This document shows positions 23,899-32,846 of a DNA stretch of 32,846 nt, one piece after another. The notes beneath the pieces were generated by a model, which did not search any database, had not been told where the DNA came from, and saw only the letters and a program-made list of their open reading frames with translations. The stretch is taken from the IMG/VR virus record IMGVR_UViG_2660238446_000011, one strand, 5' to 3'. Position 1 is the stretch's first letter. Every line of letters starts with the position of its first letter. The DNA comes from a virus. Taxonomy: Duplodnaviria > Heunggongvirae > Uroviricota > Caudoviricetes. Both the position numbers and the translations under genes were made by a program.

Positions 23899-25857
23899 AT
23901 GCAGGCTGGTCACCAGAGTGACGCGGATATTTATATTTATGACGAGATTGGTTTCTGGGGTGTTACAGCGAAGCAGTTTATCAGTGATCTGAATGCACTG
24001 GGCGATATCACCCACATTAATCTCCATATTAATTCACCGGGTGGCGATGTCTTTGAAGGCATCGCCATTTTTAATGCGCTGAAAACACATGGTGCGTCCA
24101 TTACCGTTTATGTCGACGGTGTGGCGGCGTCAATGGCGTCGGTCATTGCGATGGTGGGAAACCCGGTCATTATGCCGGAAAACACCTTCATGATGATTCA
24201 TAAACCATTTGGCTTTACGGGCGGTGATGCGGAGGACATGCGCACCTATGCCGACCTGCTCGATAAAGTTGAGGCGGTTCTGTTACCCGCTTATGCACAG
24301 AAAACCGGGAAAACCACCGATGAAATTGCTGTCATGCTGGCGGATGAGACCTGGATGTCCGGTGCCGAATGTCTGGCACATGGATTTGCTGATCAGGTAT
24401 CGCCAGCCGTTAAGGCAATGGCATGTATTCAGTCAAAACGTACAGAGGAATTTAAAAAGATGCCGGAATCCATTCGAAACATGATTACTCCGCCACGCAA
24501 CAGTGCTCCACGCGTACAGGATGATGAACCTGCAGCCTCCCGGACGCCAGTGCAGGCAGCAGCACCCGTGGTGGATGAAAACAGTATCCGTGCGCAGGTA
24601 CTGGCAGAGCAAAAAGCGCGTGTAAACGGTATTAATGATCTGTTTGCCATGTTTGGCGGGCGTTATCAGACGCTGCAGGCCCAGTGTCTTGCCGATCCTG
24701 AATGTTCGCTGGAGCAGGCCCGCGAAAAGTTGTTGAACGAGATGGGGCGCGAGTCCACGCCATCCAATAAAAATACCCCGGCTCATATTTATGCCGGTAA
24801 CGGTAATTTTGTGGGGGACGGGATCCGCCAGGCGCTGATGGCGCGTGCCGGATTTGAAAAAACCGAACGTGATAATGTCTACAACGGGATGACCCTGCGT
24901 GAATATGCCCGTATGTCACTGACTGAACGGGGTATTGGGGTTTCCGGTTATAACCCGATGCAGATGGTCGGTGCGGCGTTCACACACAGTACGTCTGACT
25001 TCGGTAATATTCTGCTGGATGTTGCGAACAAAGCCATTCTGCAGGGCTGGGAAGATGCCCCTGAAACCTATGAACAGTGGACGCGGAAAGGTCAGTTGTC
25101 TGATTTTAAAATTGCCCATCGCGTGGGTATGGGGGGCTTCAGTGCTCTGCGTCAGGTGCGTGAAGGGGCGGAATATAAATACGTCACCACCGGAGATAAA
25201 CAGGCCACTATTGCACTGGCGACCTATGGCGAGCTGTTCAGTATCACCCGTCAGGCCATTATCAATGATGATCTGAATATGCTGACCGATGTCCCGATGA
25301 AGCTGGGCCGTGCGGCGAAATCCACTATTGCCGATCTGGTTTATGCCATTCTGACGTCTAACCCGAAAATCTCCACAGATAATGTAAGTCTGTTCGATAA
25401 AGCGAAACATGCAAACGTACTGGAGGGCGCTGCAATGGACGTGGCATCGCTGGATAAAGCCCGCCAGTTGATGCGTGTTCAGAAAGAGGGGGAGCGTCAT
25501 CTGAATATTCGTCCTGCGTTCGTACTGGTACCGACGGCGATGGAGTCTGTTGCTAACCAGGTCATTCGCTCCTCAAGTGTCAAGGGGGCTGACATTAACG
25601 CCGGTATTATTAACCCGGTGAAAGATTTTGCGACCGTTATTGCAGAGCCTCGTCTTGATGATAACAGCCAGACCACCTTCTACCTGGCTGCGTCAAAAGG
25701 CTCCGATACGATTGAAGTGGCTTATCTCAACGGTGTGGATACGCCATATATTGATCAGATGGAGGGCTTCAGTGTGGATGGCGTGACAACGAAAGTGCGT
25801 ATTGACGCCGGTGTCGCGCCAGTTGATCACCGCGGTCTGGTGAAATGTACGGCGTAA
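23899..25857 (+). CDS. fused head maturation protease (ClpP/S14-like) and major capsid protein
   Basis: N-terminal region (DIYIYDEIGFWGV...INSPGGDVFEGIAIFNAL...MASVIAMVG) is ClpP-like; C-terminal about 350 aa is capsid-like; single continuous ORF from MQAGHQSD. Confidence 0.8.
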   Translation: MQAGHQSDADIYIYDEIGFWGVTAKQFISDLNALGDITHINLHINSPGGDVFEGIAIFNALKTHGASITVYVDGVAASMASVIAMVGNPVIMPENTFMMIHKPFGFTGGDAEDMRTYADLLDKVEAVLLPAYAQKTGKTTDEIAVMLADETWMSGAECLAHGFADQVSPAVKAMACIQSKRTEEFKKMPESIRNMITPPRNSAPRVQDDEPAASRTPVQAAAPVVDENSIRAQVLAEQKARVNGINDLFAMFGGRYQTLQAQCLADPECSLEQAREKLLNEMGRESTPSNKNTPAHIYAGNGNFVGDGIRQALMARAGFEKTERDNVYNGMTLREYARMSLTERGIGVSGYNPMQMVGAAFTHSTSDFGNILLDVANKAILQGWEDAPETYEQWTRKGQLSDFKIAHRVGMGGFSALRQVREGAEYKYVTTGDKQATIALATYGELFSITRQAIINDDLNMLTDVPMKLGRAAKSTIADLVYAILTSNPKISTDNVSLFDKAKHANVLEGAAMDVASLDKARQLMRVQKEGERHLNIRPAFVLVPTAMESVANQVIRSSSVKGADINAGIINPVKDFATVIAEPRLDDNSQTTFYLAASKGSDTIEVAYLNGVDTPYIDQMEGFSVDGVTTKVRIDAGVAPVDHRGLVKCTA

Positions 25858-25880
25858 ACGTCGCAGACAACAACTCTGAT

Positions 25881-25900
25881 GGCCCGTAAGGGCTTTTTTT
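25881..25900 (+). terminator. hairpin plus T-run after the capsid gene (GGCCC-gtaa-GGGC TTTTTTT)
   Basis: Seen in sequence; a second hairpin CAGCCCC-tgaa-CGGGGCTG follows at about 25912..25930. Confidence 0.5.
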
Positions 25901-25943
25901 GTACCTGAAATCAGCCCCTGAACGGGGCTGTGTGGAGACAGTT

Positions 25944-26267
25944 ATGGCAAAGAATTTTGTAGAAGAAGGAAAAACGGTGGCGATTGTTGCCAGTGCAGCC
26001 ATCAGCAGCGGAGATCTGGTGCAGGTGGGTGATGTTTTTGCGGTGGCGCTGACCGATATTCCACAAGGTGAAACAGGCGACGGTATGACCGAAGGTGTGT
26101 TTATGCTGCCTAAGCTGAAAACGGATGACATGAAAACGGGTAAGAAGGTTTATCTGAAGTCCGGAAAAGTTCAGCTGACTAACAGCGGCTCTGATCCGCT
26201 GGTCGGGGTTGTCTGGGCAGATGCCGGAACCAGTGCAGAAGAAGTGCCGGTAAAACTCAATGTCTGA
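25944..26267 (+). CDS. putative head decoration protein (DUF2190-like), start at MAKNFVEEGK
   Basis: Small ORF directly after the major capsid gene; family assignment from recollection. Confidence 0.5.
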   Translation: MAKNFVEEGKTVAIVASAAISSGDLVQVGDVFAVALTDIPQGETGDGMTEGVFMLPKLKTDDMKTGKKVYLKSGKVQLTNSGSDPLVGVVWADAGTSAEEVPVKLNV

Positions 26268-26535
26268 TCCCTTTTCCCGGCTGGCAGCGCGTATGGATGC
26301 TATCACGGTCAGAAAGATGGGAAAGACAGCCTCGATTAATGATGTCGATATGACCGTGATCCCGGGAGAAACACTGGCAGAGCTGAATGCCCTGTCCGGA
26401 CCTGCGGTCTCTCTGGTGGTGTTTTCTTCGGGATACCGCCCACGGCGCGGGGATCGCGTTGTTTATGACGGACAACAATGGACGGTCACACGGCATGAAC
26501 GCTTTAACGGTAAGCCAATGATCTTTATTGAGTAA
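26260..26535 (+). CDS. putative head-tail connector / head completion protein
   Basis: Small ORF between the decoration gene and the Z-like gene; assignment by position. Confidence 0.45.
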   Translation: MSDPFSRLAARMDAITVRKMGKTASINDVDMTVIPGETLAELNALSGPAVSLVVFSSGYRPRRGDRVVYDGQQWTVTRHERFNGKPMIFIE

Positions 26536-26546
26536 AGAGGTGTGGG

Positions 26547-27125
26547 ATGAAGGGGCTTGAGAATGCCATCCGCAATCTGAACAGCCTTGATACCCGTATG
26601 GTGCCACAGGCCAGCGCATGGGCGATAAACCGTGTGGCACAGAAAGCGGTCTCGGTTGCCACCCGGCAGGTTGCCGGGAATACCGTTGCGGGAGATAACC
26701 AGGTGAAAGGGATCCCCCTGAAACTGGTACGTCAGCGTGTCCGGGTGTTTAAAGCCAGTCCGTCAGGAAAAATGACGGCCAGGATCCGCGTTAACCGGGG
26801 CAATCTGCCCGCCATTAAGCTGGGGACAGCCCGGGTCAGACTGGCCCGGCGTGGTGGAAAACTGCAGTACCGTGGCAGTGTGCTGAAGGTGGGTAAATAT
26901 CTTTTCCGGGATGCGTTTATTCAGCAACTGGCGAATGGTCGCTGGCATGTGATGCGGCGTATTGATGGCAAAAATCGTTACCCCATTGATGTGGTGAAAA
27001 TCCCGCTTTCCGGACCGCTGACACAGGCATTTGAAGATGCCCGCGACCGCATCATTGCTGCGGAAATGCCGAAACAGCTGGGGTATGCACTGAAACAACA
27101 ACTGAGGTTATGGCTGACCCGATGA
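26547..27125 (+). CDS. Z: minor tail protein Z (lambda gpZ-like, 192 aa)
   Basis: VNRGNLPAIKLG, FIQQLANGRWHVMRRIDGKNRYPIDVVKIP and LGYALKQQLRL match lambda gpZ blocks as recalled; same length. Confidence 0.9.
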   Translation: MKGLENAIRNLNSLDTRMVPQASAWAINRVAQKAVSVATRQVAGNTVAGDNQVKGIPLKLVRQRVRVFKASPSGKMTARIRVNRGNLPAIKLGTARVRLARRGGKLQYRGSVLKVGKYLFRDAFIQQLANGRWHVMRRIDGKNRYPIDVVKIPLSGPLTQAFEDARDRIIAAEMPKQLGYALKQQLRLWLTR

Positions 27126-27523
27126 ACCGACATACACAAATCCGCCAGGCCGTACTGGCACGCCTTCGGGAACAGTGTGGAGACAGCGCCACGTTTTTTG
27201 ACGGGCTTCCGGCATTTATTGATGCGCAGGAACTGCCTGCCGTGGCGGTGTGGCTGAGTGATGCTCAGTACACCGGAAAAATGACGGATGAAGATGACTG
27301 GCAGGCTGTTCTGCATATTGCTGTCTTCATCCGGGCACAGGCACCGGATTCAGAGCTGGATATGTGGATGGAGAGCACCATTTTCCCGGCCCTGAATGAT
27401 ATACCGGCACTTTCCGGACTCATCGACACCCTGATCCCTCTCGGTTTTAACTATCAACGTGATAATGAGATGGCCACCTGGGCGATGGCGGAAATCACGT
27501 ACCAGATCACGTACACGAATTAA
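27122..27523 (+). CDS. U: minor tail protein U (lambda gpU-like)
   Basis: ATFFDG...PAVAVWL...AQYTG...PDSELDMWMES...DIPALS parallels lambda gpU as recalled; start at MNRHTQ. Confidence 0.9.
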   Translation: MNRHTQIRQAVLARLREQCGDSATFFDGLPAFIDAQELPAVAVWLSDAQYTGKMTDEDDWQAVLHIAVFIRAQAPDSELDMWMESTIFPALNDIPALSGLIDTLIPLGFNYQRDNEMATWAMAEITYQITYTN

Positions 27524-27528
27524 AGGAG

Positions 27529-28278
27529 GTGGCAATGACCACACCAAATCCACTGGCAAAAACGAAAGGTGCGGGAACGACGTTCTGGATGTACACCGGC
27601 AAGGGCGATGCGTTTGCGAACCCTTTATCGGACACTGACTGGCTGCGTCTTGCGATGGTGAAGGATCTGCAACCTGGCGAAATGACCGCTGATGCAGAAG
27701 ATGACTCTTATCTCGATGATGAAGATGCAGACTGGAAAACGACAACCCAGGGGCAGAAATCCGTCGGTGATACTTCGGCGACGCTGGCCTGGCGTCCGGG
27801 TGACAGCGGGCAGAAAAAACTGGTTCAGTTGTTCGACTCCGGTGAAGTCTGCGCGTTTCGTATCAAATATCCCAACGGCACTGTTGATGTTTTCCGTGGC
27901 TGGCTGAGCTCACTGGGTAAAACCATTGCCTCAAAAGACGTGATGACCCGCACAGTGAAAATCAGCGGTGTGGGGCGTCCGTATCTGGCAGAGGAAGGCA
28001 CTGAAACAGTGAGCGTTACCGGGCTGACGGTGGCACCGGCATCTGCCAGTGTAAAAGTGGGAGCAACCACCACGCTGACCTTTACAGTAAAACCTGACGG
28101 GGCCAGTGACAAAGCGATCAGTGTGCATTCGACAGATCCACAGACTGCCACGGTGACCCTGAACGGGCTTGTGGCCACGGTGAAAGGCGTGAAGCAGGGC
28201 AGTGTCAGCATTGTGGGCATGACTTCTGACGGCGATTTTGTGGCAGTGGCTGCGGTGGCTGTCAGCGCCGCAGGTTAA
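27529..28278 (+). CDS. V: major tail protein V (lambda gpV-like, C-terminal Ig-like domain)
   Basis: KGAGTTFWMY...ANPLSDTDW...SYLDDEDADW...NGTVDVFRGW parallels lambda gpV as recalled. Confidence 0.92.
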   Translation: MAMTTPNPLAKTKGAGTTFWMYTGKGDAFANPLSDTDWLRLAMVKDLQPGEMTADAEDDSYLDDEDADWKTTTQGQKSVGDTSATLAWRPGDSGQKKLVQLFDSGEVCAFRIKYPNGTVDVFRGWLSSLGKTIASKDVMTRTVKISGVGRPYLAEEGTETVSVTGLTVAPASASVKVGATTTLTFTVKPDGASDKAISVHSTDPQTATVTLNGLVATVKGVKQGSVSIVGMTSDGDFVAVAAVAVSAAG

Positions 28279-28298
28279 CAGGACGATACTCATCATTT

Positions 28299-28323
28299 GC
28301 CCCGGTTATCCGGGGCTTTTTTG
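28299..28323 (+). terminator. hairpin plus T-run between V and G (GCCCCGG-ttat-CCGGGGC TTTTTT)
   Basis: Perfect 7-bp stem followed by a T-run, seen in sequence. Confidence 0.6.
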
Positions 28324-28335
28324 CAGGTGGAGAAC

Positions 28336-28725
28336 ATGATGTTTCTGAAACAGGGCACGTTTAATTATGAAAAGCAGTCCGTGGTGCTCAGTGAGCTGTC
28401 CGGGCTGCAGAGAATTGAATATCTGGCGTTTGTTCAGCAGCGAACGGCAAAGTTTGATGCCGAAGAGGGAGAACTGCCGGAGGCTGAACGACAGATTGCT
28501 TTTCTGCGGATGGGGATGGATATCAATGCCTGGCTGGTTTCCCGCTCACTGTGGAATGCGGAACAGTCTCAGGATGTTGAGACGCTTTGCGCATCCGTTA
28601 TTACAACATGGTCGTATGATGCCCTGGGAGCGGGGGCGGAGATGGTTCTGTCGCTGAGCGGTATGGGAGCCATTGAGAATGCCGGGGATTTGGAGCATGA
28701 GGTGCTGACGCCGGAAAAGTCCTGA
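28336..28725 (+). CDS. G: tail assembly chaperone G (lambda gpG-like)
   Basis: MFLKQGTFNYEKQSVVLSELSGLQRIEYLA parallels the lambda gpG N-terminus MFLKTESFEHNGVTVTLSELSALQRIEHLA as recalled; track ORF starts upstream at 28297. Confidence 0.88.
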   Translation: MMFLKQGTFNYEKQSVVLSELSGLQRIEYLAFVQQRTAKFDAEEGELPEAERQIAFLRMGMDINAWLVSRSLWNAEQSQDVETLCASVITTWSYDALGAGAEMVLSLSGMGAIENAGDLEHEVLTPEKS

Positions 28726-29063
28726 CGCGGGAAATGCAGTTTGTCATGCGGCTTGCCCGGGAGTTCCGGCGGGCAGACTGGCGGCGGATGCTGTCGGAAA
28801 TGTCGGCCACTGAGCTTGGTGAGTGGGGCGATTATTTCCGGATGCAGAGCTTCAGTGATGTGTGGATGGATGCGCAGTTTGCCTCGCTGAAGGCATTGAT
28901 CGTGAGAATGGTGTCCGGTAGCAGTGATGCTGCGGTGGCTGATTTCAGCCTTTTACCGGAAGAGAACGGGATACCGGAGCGAACGGACGAAGAACTGATG
29001 CATCTTGGGGAAGGTATTTCCGGAGGTGTGCGTTATGGACCAGATAGCCAACCTGGTCATTGA
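28710..29063 (+). CDS. T segment of tail assembly chaperone GT, expected from -1 programmed frameshift out of G
   Basis: ORF in the -1 frame relative to G continues from the G 3' end (...AGKVLTREMQFVMRL...) to 29063; G/GT arrangement is conserved in lambda-like tails; exact slip site not resolved. Confidence 0.5.
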   Translation, partial: AGKVLTREMQFVMRLAREFRRADWRRMLSEMSATELGEWGDYFRMQSFSDVWMDAQFASLKALIVRMVSGSSDAAVADFSLLPEENGIPERTDEELMHLGEGISGGVRYGPDSQPGH

Positions 29064-32000
29064 TTTGGGGATTGATGCGGCAGAGTTTAAAAATGAAATT
29101 CCCCGTATCAAAAACCTTCTGAATGGTGCAGCCAGCGATGCAGAACGGTCTTCTGCCCGTATGCAGCGTTTTATGGAGCGTCAGACTCAGGCCGCCCGGC
29201 AGACAATGCAGGCGGCTTCTTCGGCTGCAACAGCCGCATCCGTCCATGCGCAGACGGTGGAGAAGAGCGCACAGGCTCATGAACGCATGGCCCGCGAGGT
29301 GGAGCAAACCCGCCAGCGTATGGAGGCACTGAGCCAGAAAATGCGCGAGGAACAGGCGCAGGCCATGGCTCTGGCGGAGACTCAGGATAAAGCGGCTGCC
29401 GCGTTTTATCGTCAGATTGACAGTGTGAAACAGGCCAGTGCGGGGCTGCAGGAATTACAGCGTATTCAGCAGCAGATCCGACAGGCCAGAAACAGTGGCG
29501 GGATTGGTCAGCAGGATTATCTGGCGCTGATTTCTGAGGTTACGGCGAAAACCGGTGTTCTTACGCAGGCTGAGGCAGAGGCTACCCGACAGAAAGTGGC
29601 GTTTATCCGTCAGCTTAAAGAGCAGGCAACCCGCCAGAATCTTTCTTCTTCTGAGTTGCTTCGTGCTAAGGCTGCCCAGCTGGGGGTAAGCAGTGCTGCA
29701 GAAGTGTATATCCGCAAAATGGAGCAGGCAGGAAAAGCCACGCATTCGCTGGGTCTGAAAAGTGCAGCGGCCCGCCAGGAGATAGGCGTTCTGATAGGTG
29801 AACTGGCTCGCGGCAATTTAGGTGCGCTGAGGGGATCCGGGATAACGCTGGCTAACCGTGCCGGATGGATAGACACACTGATGTCACCGAAAGGCATGAT
29901 GCTGGGCGGGGTTATTGGCGGGATTGCCGCGGCCGGCTATGGTCTGGGTAAAGCCTGGTATGATGGTCAGAAGGAGGGGGAAGAATTTAACCGCCAGTTG
30001 TCGCTGACGGGGCATTATGCCGGAGTCACTGCCGGGCAGCTGTGGACGCTCAGTCGTGCTATTTCCGGGAATGGTATTACGCAACATGCTGCAGCCGGTG
30101 CGCTGGCTCAGGTGGTGGGGAGTGGTGCATTTCGTGGAAACGATATCGGTATGGTGGCGAGAGCTGCCGCACAGATGGAGCGATCGGTTGGCCAGTCGGT
30201 CAGCGATACCATAAATCAGTTTAAGCGGCTGAAGGATGATCCTGTAAATGCCGCGAAGGCTCTGGACAATGAGCTGCATTTTCTTACTGCCACTCAGCTT
30301 GAGCAGATACGCGTCCTTGGGGAACAGGGGCGGTCCAGTGATGCGGCACGGATAGCCATGTCTGCACTGGCAGAGGAAACCGGTCGGCGTACTGCGGATA
30401 TTGATAATAACCTCAATGCGCTGGGCAGTACGCTGAAGTATCTGTCTGATTTATGGAGTCGTTTCTGGGATGCGGCCATGAATATTGGTCGTGAAGACTC
30501 GCTGGATGAACAGATTTCCGCTTTACAGGAGAAAGTGTCGCGGGCGAAAAGACTCCCCTGGACGGCATCATCTTCTCAGGTTGAGTACGATCAGCAGCGT
30601 CTTAACGAGCTTCAGGAGAAAAAACGCCAGAAGGATTTGCAGGATGCAAAAGAGCAGGCAGAGCGGAATTATCAGGAGCAACAGAAACGCCGTAATGCTG
30701 AAAATGCTGCACTGAACCGGATGAATGAAACGGAAGCAGCACGACATCAGCGTGAAATTGCGCGTATTAATTCCATGCAGTACGCCGATCAGGCTGTCAG
30801 GGATGCGGCGATACAACGTGAAAATGAACGTTACGAGAAAGCCCTGGCATCCGGTAAGAAAAAAACACGCGAACCCCGTAATGATGAGGCCACCCGGTTA
30901 TTGCTGCAGTACAGTCAGCAACAGGCACAGGTGGAAGGACAGATTGCTGCTGCCAGACAGTCAGCAGGCATTGCCACGGAAAGGATGACAGAAGCGCATA
31001 AACAGCTTCTGGCTCTGCAGCAGCGCATCAGCGACCTGGACGGGAAAAAACTGACGGCAGATGAAAAGAGTGTGCTGGCCCGTAAAGATGAACTGATTCA
31101 GGCACTGACGCTGCTGGATGTAAAACAGCAGAAGCTTCAGAAACAGACGGCACTCAACGAGCTGAAGAAAAAAACAATTCAGCTGACCAGTCAACTGGCT
31201 GAAGAAGAGCGCGCTCAGCGTCAGCAACATGACCTGGATATCGCCACGGTGGGTATGGGTGATCAGCAGCGGCAGCGATATCAGGTACAACTGAGTCTTC
31301 GCCAGAAATACCAGCAACAGCTGGAGCAGTTGAGGCGGGATAGTGAGCAGAAAGGAACATATAACACGGATGACTACAGAAAGGCCGAGCAGGCGCTGAC
31401 GGAGAGCCTGAACCGACAACTGAATGAGAATCGCCGTTACTGGCAACAGCTTGAAGTTGTGCAGGGTAACTGGAAAAACGGAGTCCTGCGTGCATTTCAG
31501 GATTTTACCGTGGATGCAGATAATACGGCAGGAACAGCAGAACAGGTGTTCTCGTCAGCCTTCAGCAACATGGGAAATGGCCTGGCAACTTTTGTCACTA
31601 CCGGCAAACTCAATTTCAAATCCTTCACCTCTTCTGTGCTGTCAGATATGGCGAAAATCCTGGCGCAGGCAACCATGATGAAATCGATAAAAGGGATTGG
31701 CAGTGTACTGGGATTTGATCTCAGCAGCCTTTCCCTGAATGCCAATGGGGGGATTTATCAGTCTGCTGATTTGAGTCGTTACAGTGGCACGGTGGTTAAC
31801 CGTCCGACGTTTTTTGCTTTTGCAAAAGGCGCGGGTGTGATGGGGGAAGCGGGACCTGAAGCCATTCTGCCACTGCGTCGTGGTGCTGACGGTAAGCTGG
31901 GGGTTGTGGCGGATATTGGTGGTTCAGGTATGGCGATGTTTGCCCCGCAGTACAACATCGAGATCAATAACGATGGCACGAACGGGCAGATAGGTCCGGC

Positions 32001-32100
32001 TGCCCTGAAGGTGGTTTATGACCTCGGGAAAAAAGCGGCAGCGGACTTTATGCAACAGCAGGCCCGTGATGGTGGTCGGTTAAGTGGAGCATATCGGTAA
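29035..32100 (+). CDS. H: tail tape measure protein (lambda gpH-like), about 1021 aa
   Basis: Long coiled-coil Ala/Gln-rich ORF between GT and M; GGAGG RBS before ATG 29035 (MDQIANL); track ORF begins at 29005. Confidence 0.9.
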   Translation: MDQIANLVIDLGIDAAEFKNEIPRIKNLLNGAASDAERSSARMQRFMERQTQAARQTMQAASSAATAASVHAQTVEKSAQAHERMAREVEQTRQRMEALSQKMREEQAQAMALAETQDKAAAAFYRQIDSVKQASAGLQELQRIQQQIRQARNSGGIGQQDYLALISEVTAKTGVLTQAEAEATRQKVAFIRQLKEQATRQNLSSSELLRAKAAQLGVSSAAEVYIRKMEQAGKATHSLGLKSAAARQEIGVLIGELARGNLGALRGSGITLANRAGWIDTLMSPKGMMLGGVIGGIAAAGYGLGKAWYDGQKEGEEFNRQLSLTGHYAGVTAGQLWTLSRAISGNGITQHAAAGALAQVVGSGAFRGNDIGMVARAAAQMERSVGQSVSDTINQFKRLKDDPVNAAKALDNELHFLTATQLEQIRVLGEQGRSSDAARIAMSALAEETGRRTADIDNNLNALGSTLKYLSDLWSRFWDAAMNIGREDSLDEQISALQEKVSRAKRLPWTASSSQVEYDQQRLNELQEKKRQKDLQDAKEQAERNYQEQQKRRNAENAALNRMNETEAARHQREIARINSMQYADQAVRDAAIQRENERYEKALASGKKKTREPRNDEATRLLLQYSQQQAQVEGQIAAARQSAGIATERMTEAHKQLLALQQRISDLDGKKLTADEKSVLARKDELIQALTLLDVKQQKLQKQTALNELKKKTIQLTSQLAEEERAQRQQHDLDIATVGMGDQQRQRYQVQLSLRQKYQQQLEQLRRDSEQKGTYNTDDYRKAEQALTESLNRQLNENRRYWQQLEVVQGNWKNGVLRAFQDFTVDADNTAGTAEQVFSSAFSNMGNGLATFVTTGKLNFKSFTSSVLSDMAKILAQATMMKSIKGIGSVLGFDLSSLSLNANGGIYQSADLSRYSGTVVNRPTFFAFAKGAGVMGEAGPEAILPLRRGADGKLGVVADIGGSGMAMFAPQYNIEINNDGTNGQIGPAALKVVYDLGKKAAADFMQQQARDGGRLSGAYR

Positions 32101-32429
32101 TGGAGACGTTTCACTGGAAAGTGCGCCCGGATATGAATGTGGTATCAGAGCCGAAAGTGGTGACAGTGAAGCTGGGCGATGGTTATGAACAGCGTCGTGC
32201 GGCGGGACTGAATAACCAGTTGTCGATTTACAGCGTGACGATACGTGTTCGTAAATGTGAACACCCATCTTTAAAAGCCTTTCTGGAACGGCACGGTGGC
32301 GTCCGCGCATTTCAGTGGACGCCACCTTATGACTGGAAGCCGATCAGGGTGGTTTGTCGTAAATGGTCGGCAAGCGTGGGGGCGCTGTGGATAACCATAA
32401 CGGCAGATTTTGAACAGGTCGTGGCATAG
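32100..32429 (+). CDS. M: minor tail protein M (lambda gpM-like)
   Basis: METFHWKVRPDMNVVSEPKVVTVKLGDGYEQR...FQWTPPYDWKPIRVVCRKWS...DFEQVVA parallels lambda gpM as recalled. Confidence 0.92.
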   Translation: METFHWKVRPDMNVVSEPKVVTVKLGDGYEQRRAAGLNNQLSIYSVTIRVRKCEHPSLKAFLERHGGVRAFQWTPPYDWKPIRVVCRKWSASVGALWITITADFEQVVA

Positions 32430-32438
32430 GAGGCTCTG

Positions 32439-32846
32439 ATGCAGGATATTCCACAGGAAACACATCATGAGACGACACGCCTCACTCAGTCAGCCCAGGT
32501 GGTGCTCTGGGAAATCGATCTGACAGAGGTCGGTGGTGAACGTTATTTTTTCTGTAATGAGCAGAACGAAAAAGGTGAGCCGGTTACCTGGCAGGGGCGG
32601 CAGTATCAGGCATACCCCATTCAGGGGACGGGATTTGAACTGAATGGCAAGGGCAGTGCTGCCCGTCCGACACTGACGGTTTCTAACCTGCACGGCATGG
32701 TCACCGGGATGGCGGAAGACCTGCAGAGTCTGGTCGGCGGAACGGTGGTCCGGCGTAAGGTTTACGCCCGTTTTCTGGATGCGGTGAACTTCGTCAACGG
32801 AAACAGTGACGCCGATCCGGAGCAGGAGGTGATCAGCCGCTGGCGC
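32439..32846 (+). CDS. L: minor tail protein L (lambda gpL-like), 3'-truncated by the window edge
   Basis: Open frame from ATG 32439 to the window end reads MQDIPQETHHETTRLTQSAQVVLWEIDLTEVGGERYFFCNEQNEKGEPVTWQGRQYQAYPIQG..., near-identical to lambda gpL as recalled; absent from the ORF track because no stop lies in the window. Confidence 0.9.
   Translation, partial: MQDIPQETHHETTRLTQSAQVVLWEIDLTEVGGERYFFCNEQNEKGEPVTWQGRQYQAYPIQGTGFELNGKGSAARPTLTVSNLHGMVTGMAEDLQSLVGGTVVRRKVYARFLDAVNFVNGNSDADPEQEVISRWR

Larger units (their letters stand above)
1445..32846. mobile_element. lambdoid prophage (P22-type integration module, lambda-like late and morphogenesis genes), left end at thrW; right end beyond window
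   Basis: Contiguous phage gene order int-xis-early-cI-cro-replication-nin-Q-lysis-terminase-head-tail starting directly after the tRNA 3' end. Confidence 0.9.

Noticed and set aside
20192-25500. Numerous 60 to 190 aa ORFs on either strand within the terminase, portal and capsid genes
   Set aside because: All lie inside or antisense to long, well-supported structural genes; shadow ORFs.
29123-31979. ORFs on both strands inside the tape measure gene (for example 30961..31446 minus, 161 aa)
   Set aside because: Embedded in a continuous 1031-codon tape-measure ORF with characteristic repetitive composition; antisense artefacts.

Overview
The window runs from a host core gene into a lambdoid prophage integrated at tRNA-Thr (thrW). 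From left to right: complete proA; thrW; then a P22-type integrase and excisionase, an early-left region, a cI/cro immunity switch with repeated operator half-sites, a replication initiator with internal iterons, a nin-like region (Dam-like MTase, LexA-like protein, RusA, KilA-N, DUF968, Q antiterminator), a late-leader/terminator, a second MTase, a phage-21-type lysis cassette (pinholin, SAR endolysin, Rz with embedded Rz1), terminase, and a lambda-like head and tail gene order ending in a 3'-truncated L. Calls rest on reading the supplied translations against remembered protein families; no searches or computations were run. Three cargo insertions are not explained by the phage backbone and are the main candidates for an undescribed system: (1) an overlapping two-gene module (about 140 aa + 430 aa) between the spanins and cos/terminase; (2) a minus-strand pair (310 aa soluble protein + 150 aa four-helix membrane protein) inserted between Q and the late leader, with RexA/RexB-like layout; (3) a roughly 400-bp GC-rich, hairpin-dense non-coding segment with a 15-bp perfect inverted repeat, next to an unknown 144-aa gene and a convergent small gene. 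None of the cargo proteins matches a family I recognise.
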